In this document: positions 1-7,079 of the stretch, one piece after another | Numbering within the stretch: the first letter of the stretch is position 1 | Layout: every line of letters begins with the position of its first letter | Assembly (NCBI GenBank): GCA_030600745.1 | Contig: JAUVLL010000001.1 | Span: forward strand, 1 to 33,374 | Direction: 5' to 3' | DNA from: Spirochaetaceae bacterium | GTDB lineage: Bacteria; Spirochaetota; Spirochaetia; B11-G9 | DNA: 33,374 nucleotides | The notes under the pieces: generated by a model | What the model saw: only the letters and a program-made list of their open reading frames with translations | Databases searched by the model: none | What the model was told of the DNA's origin: nothing | Translations under genes and position numbers: made by a program

Positions 1-187
1 GTGTCCCGGATACTTGGAGAAATAGTAAAATAAAGCTGTACTGATATTGGCTTATAATCCCGAAGATTCAAATTCCAGGATAAATTCCTCTGCATCCATT
101 ATCTTAATTTTATCTTTTTTGAAATTGATCAGAAAGATCTATTAGCCCCAATAGAGATCCCGGAATATAGTTCATTCCGTTAGGAAA

Positions 188-199
188 ATAGGGACGGAG
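188..199 (+). repeat. Copy 1 of the 13-mer family AATAG(A)GGGACGGAG, upstream of the Y1 transposase gene
   Basis: 'aaaATAGGGACGGAGgttc' read directly. The same core recurs at 1106-1117 and, with one inserted base, at 1233-1246. It resembles the GC-rich REP-like core TAGGGGCGG seen at 16368. Confidence 0.5.
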
Positions 200-338
200 G
201 TTCTAAGACAAAAGACAAGAAGACAAAAGAAAAACAGGAAACCGAGGGAAAGAGCTACATTTTAAGAAAATATCCAAAATTTATAAAAAAAAGCTCAAAT
301 TCAAAAGTGCCAGGCTAAATTCACCCGTACTACTATGT

Positions 339-854
339 ATGAGAAAAACAAGAGAACTGTATGCCGGTGCAAAATACCATGTTACCGCAAAAATTAATCG
401 TGGAGAATTTGCCCTAAAATCCCCTGAAGTAAAAGAATTGTTTCTTCACACTGTACGAAGAGCCAAAAAAAAGTATTCTTTTGAGCTTAGAAGCTTTACC
501 CTCATGGACAACCATATCCACTTCCTTATCAAACCTGGTAAAAACGAGAGTTTATCCAGAATAATGCAATGGATATTAGGTGTGTTTGCAAGAGCTTTTA
601 ACAAATATTTTCATTTAAAGGGTCATGTCTGGTATGATCGTTTCAAAAGTGTTGTTATTAAAAGCTTTGAGCAATTAATAGCCACATTCAGGTATATTTT
701 CAACAATCCTGTTAAAGCAGGGATGGTTGAAAATCCTGAAGAATACGTATATGGATCATTATGGTTTATCCGCCACAAACGATTTGATCTTGTTGAACCT
801 CCAAGACAGTATTTAGCAACTGCATTACCGGAGTTCTTTACAAAAACTGAGTAG
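339..854 (+). CDS. HUH/Y1 tyrosine transposase, IS200/IS605 TnpA-like or REP-associated tyrosine transposase (RAYT)-like
   Basis: 171-aa ORF. It has the HUH motif in 'MDNHIHFLIKP' and the conserved Tyr region 'FRYIFNNPVKAGMV', both typical of the COG1943/PF01797-type Y1 transposases. The size fits this family. Confidence 0.8.
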   Translation: MRKTRELYAGAKYHVTAKINRGEFALKSPEVKELFLHTVRRAKKKYSFELRSFTLMDNHIHFLIKPGKNESLSRIMQWILGVFARAFNKYFHLKGHVWYDRFKSVVIKSFEQLIATFRYIFNNPVKAGMVENPEEYVYGSLWFIRHKRFDLVEPPRQYLATALPEFFTKTE

Positions 855-1071
855 TATTCAGCTCAAAGAAGCATACTGAAGTTTAAACTATCTTCCCTTA
901 ATAAGATAACGGGTTAAATATGTCAGTCTCAGAAGCTATTCGCCTTGATATCTTACCTGGAACTTACCTCCGCTGCATATTGATATGGTATTTCCAGGAA
1001 ATTACCATGCCTTCATGATAACAGAAATAAAATCACGAGAATTAACAAGTATTTTTTAGATCAAGGTCTGA

Positions 1072-1206
1072 ATTACCGGATTTGGTGGGAATTTAGGGGG
1101 TATCAATAGGGACGGAGCTACAATATTAGCCTATGGCCAGCTTGGGAGTGGAACCAACACTGACAGTACAATACCTAAAATTGTAGATCCTTTTACTTTA
1201 TGGTGA
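1072..1206 (+). pseudogene. 3' remnant of an RCC1-repeat (alpha-tubulin-suppressor-like) gene
   Basis: A short open frame without a start codon translates as '...INRDGATILAYGQLGSGTNTDSTIPKIVDPFTLW*'. 'YGQLG.G...D...P..V' is the hallmark of RCC1 repeats. Only about one repeat is left. Confidence 0.35.
1106..1117 (+). repeat. Copy 2 of the ATAGGGACGGAG motif, downstream of the Y1 transposase gene
   Basis: 'atcaATAGGGACGGAGctac' is an exact 12-nt match to 188-199. It lies inside the RCC1-like remnant frame. Confidence 0.5.
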
Positions 1207-1232
1207 GAAGTATAGTTTGCAGCAGTCGGTAA

Positions 1233-1246
1233 ATAGAGGGACGGAT
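1233..1246 (+). repeat. Copy 3 (variant) of the motif: ATAGAGGGACGGAT
   Basis: 'gtaaATAGAGGGACGGATgta' read directly. It is a one-base-insertion variant of the 188/1106 motif. Confidence 0.4.
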
Positions 1247-1261
1247 GTATAACCTCCTGCT

Positions 1262-1456
1262 TTATGCGACAACCAGCGGTTTAATACTCTCGATTTTATC
1301 TCCAGCAGCCTGGGTCGCGTCCCATAAATCTACTGCTCGCTGTGCATTGAGCCAAAAATCTGCAGAATTGCCGAACAGCGCTCACGAATCAGTTCGTTAA
1401 CTGTATGTCGTGAAACACACAACGCATCAGAAAGACTGGTAACCGTGAGTTCATAA
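1262..1456 (-). pseudogene. HigA-family (Xre-type HTH) antitoxin remnant, N-terminally truncated with an internal frameshifting deletion
   Basis: One minus-strand frame gives '..ELTVTSLSDALCVSRHTVNELIRER', an HTH like HigA 'GLSQ..LA..LGVSR.T.N.I..GKR'. A second frame gives 'ALFGNSADFWLNAQRAVDLWDATQAAGDKIESIKPLVVA*', the typical HigA C-terminal 'FG.S.EFWLNLQ..YDL' motif. The roughly 10 aa between the two pieces are missing, and the frames differ. Confidence 0.45.
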
Positions 1457-1522
1457 TCAGGCCGGCTTATAACCAGGGGCAGAGAGTTCTCTCGGGCTTA
1501 TTTTAAGAATCTCAAATTTATC

Positions 1523-1551
1523 TTGCATTATAACAAAAGTGGGTTTACAAT
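1523..1551 (+). promoter_or_regulatory. Sigma70-like promoter of the LacI-family gene (TTGCAT-17 nt-TACAAT)
   Basis: TTGCAT at 1523-1528, a 17-nt spacer, then TACAAT at 1546-1551. The -10 element overlaps the left edge of the 46-bp palindrome. Confidence 0.45.
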
Positions 1552-1593
1552 ACCTTATGGTAACGATACCGGTATCGTTACCATAAGGTATTG
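1548..1593. promoter_or_regulatory. Perfect 46-bp palindrome containing two abutting 12-bp LacI-type operator units (core 1559-1582); putative autoregulatory operator
   Basis: CAATACCTTATGGTAACGATACC|GGTATCGTTACCATAAGGTATTG is a perfect inverted repeat centred at 1570/1571. The units GGTAACGATACC (1559-1570) and GGTATCGTTACC (1571-1582) each have the central CG typical of LacI/GalR operators. Confidence 0.7.
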
Positions 1594-1625
1594 ATGTAAG
1601 ATTATTAAGGAGTCTGCACGGTTTT

Positions 1626-2630
1626 ATGACTGTAACAATAAAGGATATTGCCAGACATTCAGGTGTTTCAGTTTCTACAGTATCCAGGGTTCTAAATAAG
1701 AAGCCTGATGTAAACACAGAGACTGAAGCCAGGGTAAAGAGTGCAATAAAAGAGCTTGGTTACAGTCCCAGCAGTGTTGCCAGGGGGCTTGTGTTAAAAA
1801 AATCCAATGCCATTGGGTTTGTAGTACCGGATATAACAAATCCTAATTTTCCTGAACTTGCAAGGGGAGTTGTCGAGAAAGCCAGGCAGCATGGCTACTC
1901 TGTCATCTTCTTTGATACGAATCATGATAACAAAGTTGAAAAGGAAGCATTAAAACTTCTTAGAAGTAAGCAGGTGGATGGAATTATTGTTTCTTTTTCA
2001 GAGGCTAACCAGGATGAATTTAAAAAATTAAAAGAGGACCAGTTTCCTGCTGTACAGATCTATCGGAAAAGCCCCAAATCAGTGATATCCACAATTGCCA
2101 TAGACAATATTGATTCTGCATACAGAGCAGTAAAGTACTTAATAAGTCTGGGGCATCGTAGAATTGGTCATATTACTACTGGAATATCAACCCTGTCCGG
2201 AGCAGAACGTTTGGAAGGTTATAAAAAAGCTATTGAAGAATCAGGTATTGAGTACAGGGATGAGTGGATTTTTTCAGGCTCTCATTGTGCGGATACAGGG
2301 TATGAAGGAATGAAGATATTATTAAATCAGGAAAATCGTATAACTGCTCTGTTTGCTTCTCATGATCTGATGGCTGTAGGAGCCTATGAGGCTGTTTTTG
2401 AGAAAGGGCTTTCTATACCCGGTGATATTTCAATAATAGGGCATGATAATATAGAAATATCCAGGCTCGTTCATCCAAAGTTAACTACAATCGATACATT
2501 TAAGAATAAACTGGGTCAGGCCGGGGTTGAACTGCTTCTAGAGGAGATTGGAGAAAGCACAAAAGTAAACCGGGAGATAGTTTTTAAGACAGAATTGATT
2601 GTAAGAGATTCAACCGGTAAAATTGGCTGA
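1626..2630 (+). CDS. LacI/GalR-family transcriptional repressor
   Basis: 334 aa. The N-terminal HTH 'TIKDIARHSGVSVSTVSRVLN' is followed by a periplasmic-binding-protein-like sugar-binding core. An AAGGAG SD lies upstream. Confidence 0.92.
   Translation: MTVTIKDIARHSGVSVSTVSRVLNKKPDVNTETEARVKSAIKELGYSPSSVARGLVLKKSNAIGFVVPDITNPNFPELARGVVEKARQHGYSVIFFDTNHDNKVEKEALKLLRSKQVDGIIVSFSEANQDEFKKLKEDQFPAVQIYRKSPKSVISTIAIDNIDSAYRAVKYLISLGHRRIGHITTGISTLSGAERLEGYKKAIEESGIEYRDEWIFSGSHCADTGYEGMKILLNQENRITALFASHDLMAVGAYEAVFEKGLSIPGDISIIGHDNIEISRLVHPKLTTIDTFKNKLGQAGVELLLEEIGESTKVNREIVFKTELIVRDSTGKIG
2595..2623 (+). promoter_or_regulatory. Candidate sigma70-like promoter for the downstream operon (TTGATT-17 nt-TAAAAT), inside the 3' end of the LacI gene
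   Basis: TTGATT at 2595-2600, a 17-nt spacer, then TAAAAT at 2618-2623. The double operator follows about 40 nt downstream. Confidence 0.35.
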
Positions 2631-2663
2631 AGTAATGAATGTAAATTTATTTTTAAATAAACC

Positions 2664-2687
2664 GGTAACGATACCGGTAACGTTACC
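2664..2687. promoter_or_regulatory. Second double operator: GGTAACGATACC followed by the perfect palindrome GGTAACGTTACC
   Basis: The 12-mer at 2664-2675 is identical to the unit at 1559-1570. It is followed directly by the perfect palindrome GGTAACGTTACC (2676-2687), which ends at the ATG at 2688. Confidence 0.65.
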
Positions 2688-3698
2688 ATGGATGGTAAAC
2701 TGGAAGGGAAAATGATTACCAGAATGAAAATTGATGAGAAAACATTTAAGGACAGGGCTGTTGCAACTATGATTGCCCTTGCTGTAGGAGATGCAGCAGG
2801 AGATCTTGGGAGAGATGATGCTGTAAGACAGAAGTATGGAATTGTTAGCAAGTTACTTCCTGAGGGAAAGAGTACCGATGATACCGAATTTACAGCACTC
2901 TCAGCCAGAGCCTTGCTGGACTGCAAAGATGAGTTTACTGCACAGTTTGTTGCAGACACCTGGCGCAGACTTGTTCTTTCCGATGGCGGAGCAAAAGAGA
3001 GGGGGGGGACCCCGTTATACGGAGCCTTATGGAACCTTTCCCAGGGAATAGAACCTCCTTTATCAGGAAAAGATAATACCCTTAATATAGATGATGGTGC
3101 AGCTATGAGGGCTGCTCCCTTTGGTATAGCTGCTGTCGGTAATCCTGAAGAAGCTGCCCGGCTTGCAGGAATTGATGCATCTGTCAGTCACGATCATGAT
3201 GGTATCTGGGCCGCTCAGGCTATTGCAGCCTCAATATCAGTAGCAGTAACCGGCGCTGGAGTCGACGAAGTTGTTGAAGCAGGACGAAAGTTTATCCCCG
3301 ACGACAGCTGGTTGGGGAGAAGAATGGTTCAGGCTATGGATCTGGTTGATTCCATGGATGATCATTATGAACTCTATGACAGGCTCCATACTGATCTGTG
3401 GGCTCCAAGGCATTCGGTCTCTCCGGAAGCAATTCCTCAGATCTATGCTCTTTACCGTATGTCTAAAGGTAACTTTAGAAAAGGTTTTATCCTTGCGGCT
3501 AATTTTGGAAGGGATGCAGACACAGTAACAGCTCTGGTTTTGGCATTATGTGCAGCAGGGGAGGGGCTTTCTGTTATTCCTGATGAATGGGTAGAACAGG
3601 TGCGGCATCCCGCAGGTGTGTGTCTCTCTTTTGCAAAGGATGAGGATATGTACGATTTAGGTGTTCAACTTGCAGCATATGCATTGAACAGGAGTTAA
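2688..3698 (+). CDS. ADP-ribosylglycohydrolase (ARH/DraG-fold) family hydrolase
   Basis: 'AVGDAAGD', 'KSTDDTEF' and the C-terminal 'GRDADTVTA' match the metal-ligand motifs of the ARH fold (PF03747-type). The ATG at 2688 has no SD and abuts the operator. The ATG at 2712, preceded by GGAAGGG, is a plausible alternative start. Confidence 0.85.
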   Translation: MDGKLEGKMITRMKIDEKTFKDRAVATMIALAVGDAAGDLGRDDAVRQKYGIVSKLLPEGKSTDDTEFTALSARALLDCKDEFTAQFVADTWRRLVLSDGGAKERGGTPLYGALWNLSQGIEPPLSGKDNTLNIDDGAAMRAAPFGIAAVGNPEEAARLAGIDASVSHDHDGIWAAQAIAASISVAVTGAGVDEVVEAGRKFIPDDSWLGRRMVQAMDLVDSMDDHYELYDRLHTDLWAPRHSVSPEAIPQIYALYRMSKGNFRKGFILAANFGRDADTVTALVLALCAAGEGLSVIPDEWVEQVRHPAGVCLSFAKDEDMYDLGVQLAAYALNRS

Positions 3699-3734
3699 TA
3701 ATTAAAGGAAATATACAAAAATAAGGGGTGGAAA

Positions 3735-4634
3735 GTGAAAGGAAATATTCAAAAAAGAATAGTAAAAGATAAGCAGATGTATCTATTACTCTTTCCTGTT
3801 ATACTATTCTTTATAATATGGCACTACATACCTATGTGGGGAGCAAGAATTGCATTTCAGGATGTAATGTATATAGGGGCCAATAAATGGGCAGGACTCA
3901 GGCACTTTAAAATGCTTTTTTCTTCCCCTGTATTTTTAAAAGTATTTATGAATACAATTATAATCAGTTCTATGAAAATGTTTCTTATCTTTCCTCTTCC
4001 TATCATTCTGGCCTTTATGCTTAATGAAGTAACCAGCCACGGATTTCGAAAAAGTGTTCAGAGTGTTATTTATCTTCCCCATTTTCTTTCCTGGGTTGTT
4101 ATTGCAGGACTGTTTATATCACTCCTCGCTTCGCCGGATGGCGCAGTGAATAAAGTGCGCATCTTTTTTCATATTAAACCAATAGCATATATGACTTCCA
4201 CTTCGCATATTCGCTGGGTTTTTGTTTTTTCTGAAATCTGGAGGAGTATAGGCTGGGATTCGATACTCTACATAGCTGCAATAAACAGTATTGCGCCGGC
4301 CTTGTACGAAGCGGCAACAATAGACGGTGCTACACCTTTTCAGCAGGCAATGAATATTACATTCCCGGCAATTGTTCCGACAATCGTTACTGTTTTTATT
4401 CTCAATCTCGGATTCTTTATGAATGCCGGTTTTGATCAGGTTTTTAATATGATGAACGATGCAGTTATAAATCATGTTGATATTATAGATACCTATGTAT
4501 ATCGGGTTGGTTTAAAGCAGGGGAATTATTCCCTGGGAACTGCAGCTGGACTTTTTAAGGGTATTATCGGGCTGTTTCTTATTCTGTCAACCGATAAACT
4601 AAGCCGTAAAATTTCCGGTGAGGGGGTTTGGTAA
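3735..4634 (+). CDS. CUT1-family carbohydrate ABC transporter permease (LplB/YtcP-like)
   Basis: 299-aa polytopic membrane protein. The N-terminus 'YLLLFPVILFFIIWHYIPMWGARIAFQD' is typical of LplB-type permeases, and the EAA-like loop 'YEAATIDGATPFQQ' is present. GTG start with an AAGGGGTGG SD. Confidence 0.9.
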   Translation: MKGNIQKRIVKDKQMYLLLFPVILFFIIWHYIPMWGARIAFQDVMYIGANKWAGLRHFKMLFSSPVFLKVFMNTIIISSMKMFLIFPLPIILAFMLNEVTSHGFRKSVQSVIYLPHFLSWVVIAGLFISLLASPDGAVNKVRIFFHIKPIAYMTSTSHIRWVFVFSEIWRSIGWDSILYIAAINSIAPALYEAATIDGATPFQQAMNITFPAIVPTIVTVFILNLGFFMNAGFDQVFNMMNDAVINHVDIIDTYVYRVGLKQGNYSLGTAAGLFKGIIGLFLILSTDKLSRKISGEGVW

Positions 4635-5518
4635 TGAGTGTAAAAAAACATGGAATCGGACATTTTCTTATAATCTTGTTATTATCTATGGGTGCAATTA
4701 TATTAGTTTATCCATTATACAATCAGCTGATTATTTCTCTTACAGGAACAGATTATATATCAAGAGCCAGTGGGACAACTATAATCCCCTATGGGTTCAC
4801 TTTGAGTACATACAAAACTGTTCTTGCCATTCCTAAAGTAGCAAGGGGCGTTTTTAACTCTATTTTCATCACTGCTGTTGGTCTGGTTATAAATATTGTT
4901 TTTACCAGTATGGGGGCTTATGTTCTTACAAAACGGGACCTGGTGGGTAGAAACTTTTTTATAACCTTGATTGTAATTACGATGATTTTTGAAGGCGGAC
5001 TCATTCCAGATTATTTTCTTATGCGTAAGCTGCATCTTCTTAATTCCTATTGGTCGGTTATTCTTTATAAAGCGATTAATCCTTACTATCTTATTATCCT
5101 TATGCGCTTTTTTGATCAGGTGCCATCTTCTCTTATTGAGGCGGCAAGAATTGACGGTCTTAACGAAACAAAGATCCTTTTTAAAATTGTTATCCCGGTA
5201 AGCGTTGCGGGTATTGCAACCGTAAGTTTGTTTTATGGTGTTTTTCACTGGAATGAGTACTTCAGGGCGATGATCTATCTGACTGATGAATTAAAATTCC
5301 CTCTTCAGGTTGTATTGAGGGAGCTTTTAATCTCTGCAGAAAAAGCATCATTTATCGGCAGCATGAATTATCTCAAAGTAACTGCTGCGGCCCAGCTTGA
5401 TATAAAAGCTATTAAAGCAGCTTTAATAATTATTTCCATTGTACCAATTCTTGCATTCTACCCGTTTGTACTTAAATATTTTGTTAAGGGAAGACTGGAG
5501 GGATCGGTTAAAGAATAA
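4634..5518 (+). CDS. CUT1-family carbohydrate ABC transporter permease (LplC-like)
   Basis: Multi-TM protein with the EAA loop 'IEAARIDGLNETKILFKIVIP'. The ATG at 4634 overlaps the upstream TAA (TAATG) and is preceded by a GAGGGGG SD. The track start at 4628 is a TTG. Confidence 0.9.
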   Translation: MSVKKHGIGHFLIILLLSMGAIILVYPLYNQLIISLTGTDYISRASGTTIIPYGFTLSTYKTVLAIPKVARGVFNSIFITAVGLVINIVFTSMGAYVLTKRDLVGRNFFITLIVITMIFEGGLIPDYFLMRKLHLLNSYWSVILYKAINPYYLIILMRFFDQVPSSLIEAARIDGLNETKILFKIVIPVSVAGIATVSLFYGVFHWNEYFRAMIYLTDELKFPLQVVLRELLISAEKASFIGSMNYLKVTAAAQLDIKAIKAALIIISIVPILAFYPFVLKYFVKGRLEGSVKE

Positions 5519-5521
5519 AAA

Positions 5522-5549
5522 ATTGCAGAAAATCTTTTAAATCTGCAAT
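5522..5549 (+). other. Intercistronic stem-loop (8-bp stem ATTGCAGA/TCTGCAAT, 12-nt loop) upstream of the binding-protein gene
   Basis: The inverted repeat was read directly. It has no U-tract, so it is more likely an mRNA-processing or stability element than a terminator. Confidence 0.3.
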
Positions 5550-5576
5550 AGAAACAATGTTTCACAGGAGGATTTT

Positions 5577-6989
5577 ATGAAACGTTTTTTAATTACACTA
5601 CTTATGATGACAATACTTGTATCATTAGTCTTTGTCGGATGTAAGAAGAAAGAAGAGGCCCCCGCTTTATCAACTGAAGTCCCTACTATTCGTATTGTGG
5701 GAAAAGATTTTTCACCTACCGACGATATTAATCTTCAGTTCCTTGAAAAAGTAGCTGCTGGATTTGAAGTGTACTCAGGCCAGAAAGTAAATCTGGAATT
5801 GGTTCAGGTTCCTGATGGCGGATACCAGGAAAAACTGAATCTTATGCTTATGGGTGGTGATATACCAGACATGATATATTTTCAGGGTGGAGATGAAGCT
5901 GTTTCAAAACAGGGTCTTTTAGTTGATTTAAAATCATATGTTGATAATTCAAAAGTAATGCAGAATGTACTTCAGGATTTTAACAAACAGAGAATTGCAA
6001 ATTATCCATACCTTCTCTGGATTGCTCCTCCCCGTGCACGTATAGCTCTTGTCAGAGAAGACTGGTTTGCTGAAGCAGGAGGCAAGGTTCCTGTTACTGT
6101 TGATGACTACTATAATTTTTTTAAGACTATCAAGAACAATCATCCGGATGCATTTGTTATGACCGATACCGGAAATACTACCCGAATGGATTTTACCTTT
6201 GATCATGCTTTTGGTGAGACTGCTACATGGGTTAAACAGGGTGGATCCTATGTTTATAAAAAAGTATCTGATGCAGAAAAAGCAAAATTGGCTTTTTATC
6301 AGAAACTCTATGCAGAAGGTCTTTTTGACAAAGATTATGTAACAACCAAATGGGATACCATGGAAGATAAGCTCTACAATAACAAGGTTGCAATGGCTTT
6401 TGGTACTTCCGGAGTTGTTTGTGATATATACGATACTAAACTGCAGACTAATCAGAATGTTGGTCTTGTGGCTCTTCCTCCTGCAAAGGGTGTTGGTCAG
6501 GGATATTCTGTTTCAACAGCAAAAGAAACAAGAGGCTGGGCAATCAGTGCAACAAGTATGAATCCTGATCTTGTTTTTCAACTGTTGGAATTTATGGCAA
6601 CTGATGAAGGGCAGCTTCTTGATCGTTATGGTGTTGAAGGTGTTCATTATACTGTGGATAATGGTAAATATACAGCTACTGATAAAAAATCAGAATGGTG
6701 GCCCCGAATTAATGAGGTTATGACATATGATGGTCCTATGCCTCTTCTTGGTGTTTTAGGTTTAAAGAGTTGGGACTTCCTCGGTGAATATGTAGTCGGT
6801 GATCCTGACTTTCCTATTCCTGCTGATATGGCTCCAACATGGGATGCTCTGACAAATCTGTATAAAGAATACAATTTTAAGATTATTGCCGGTGAATACT
6901 CTATTGATAAGTTTGATGAATTTGTTAAAGAATGGTATGATCTTGGTGGTGATAAGATTACAGAATATGCACAGGGACAGCTTAAATAA
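5577..6989 (+). CDS. Extracellular solute-binding lipoprotein of the CUT1 transporter (LplA-like)
   Basis: 470 aa. It has a signal peptide with the lipobox 'LVFVGC' and the size and composition typical of LplA-type sugar-binding lipoproteins. An AGGAGG SD is present. Confidence 0.9.
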   Translation: MKRFLITLLMMTILVSLVFVGCKKKEEAPALSTEVPTIRIVGKDFSPTDDINLQFLEKVAAGFEVYSGQKVNLELVQVPDGGYQEKLNLMLMGGDIPDMIYFQGGDEAVSKQGLLVDLKSYVDNSKVMQNVLQDFNKQRIANYPYLLWIAPPRARIALVREDWFAEAGGKVPVTVDDYYNFFKTIKNNHPDAFVMTDTGNTTRMDFTFDHAFGETATWVKQGGSYVYKKVSDAEKAKLAFYQKLYAEGLFDKDYVTTKWDTMEDKLYNNKVAMAFGTSGVVCDIYDTKLQTNQNVGLVALPPAKGVGQGYSVSTAKETRGWAISATSMNPDLVFQLLEFMATDEGQLLDRYGVEGVHYTVDNGKYTATDKKSEWWPRINEVMTYDGPMPLLGVLGLKSWDFLGEYVVGDPDFPIPADMAPTWDALTNLYKEYNFKIIAGEYSIDKFDEFVKEWYDLGGDKITEYAQGQLK

Positions 6990-7000
6990 AACAAATTATT

Positions 7001-7046
7001 GTAGGCCGTTTGTAAGGGCGCAATTAATCGCGCCCCTACAACGGCC
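7001..7046. repeat. GC-rich REP-like imperfect palindrome (GTAGGCCG...CGCCCCTACAACGGCC)
   Basis: GGCCGTTTGTAAGGGCGC / GCGCCCCTACAACGGCC arms surround the loop AATTAATC, with one indel and one mismatch. The minus strand carries the core GTAGGGGCG. This GC-rich island sits in AT-rich intergenic DNA between the SBP and ARH2 genes and has no U-tract. Confidence 0.6.
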
Positions 7047-7079
7047 ATCAAACATTCGCATCCGCGGATAAGGGAAAAA

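Noticed and set aside
40-95. Possible tRNA because of a T-loop-like 'gattcaaattcc'.
   Set aside because: No complementary T-stem, acceptor stem or anticodon arm could be drawn on either strand.
1457-1717. 86-aa minus-strand ORF across the LacI promoter, operator and start.
   Set aside because: It overlaps the LacI N-terminus antisense and spans the palindrome. It has no motifs, so it is most likely a shadow ORF.
2662-2682. Direct repeat CCGGTAACG x2 as a possible CRISPR or tandem repeat.
   Set aside because: There are only two 9-nt copies 12 nt apart. They are fully explained as adjacent LacI-type operator units. No CRISPR-like array exists in the window.
7001-7046. GC-rich hairpin after the binding-protein gene as a Rho-independent terminator.
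   Set aside because: No U-tract follows ('ggccatcaaacattcg'), and the next gene continues the operon. It is better explained as a REP-like element or mRNA stabiliser.
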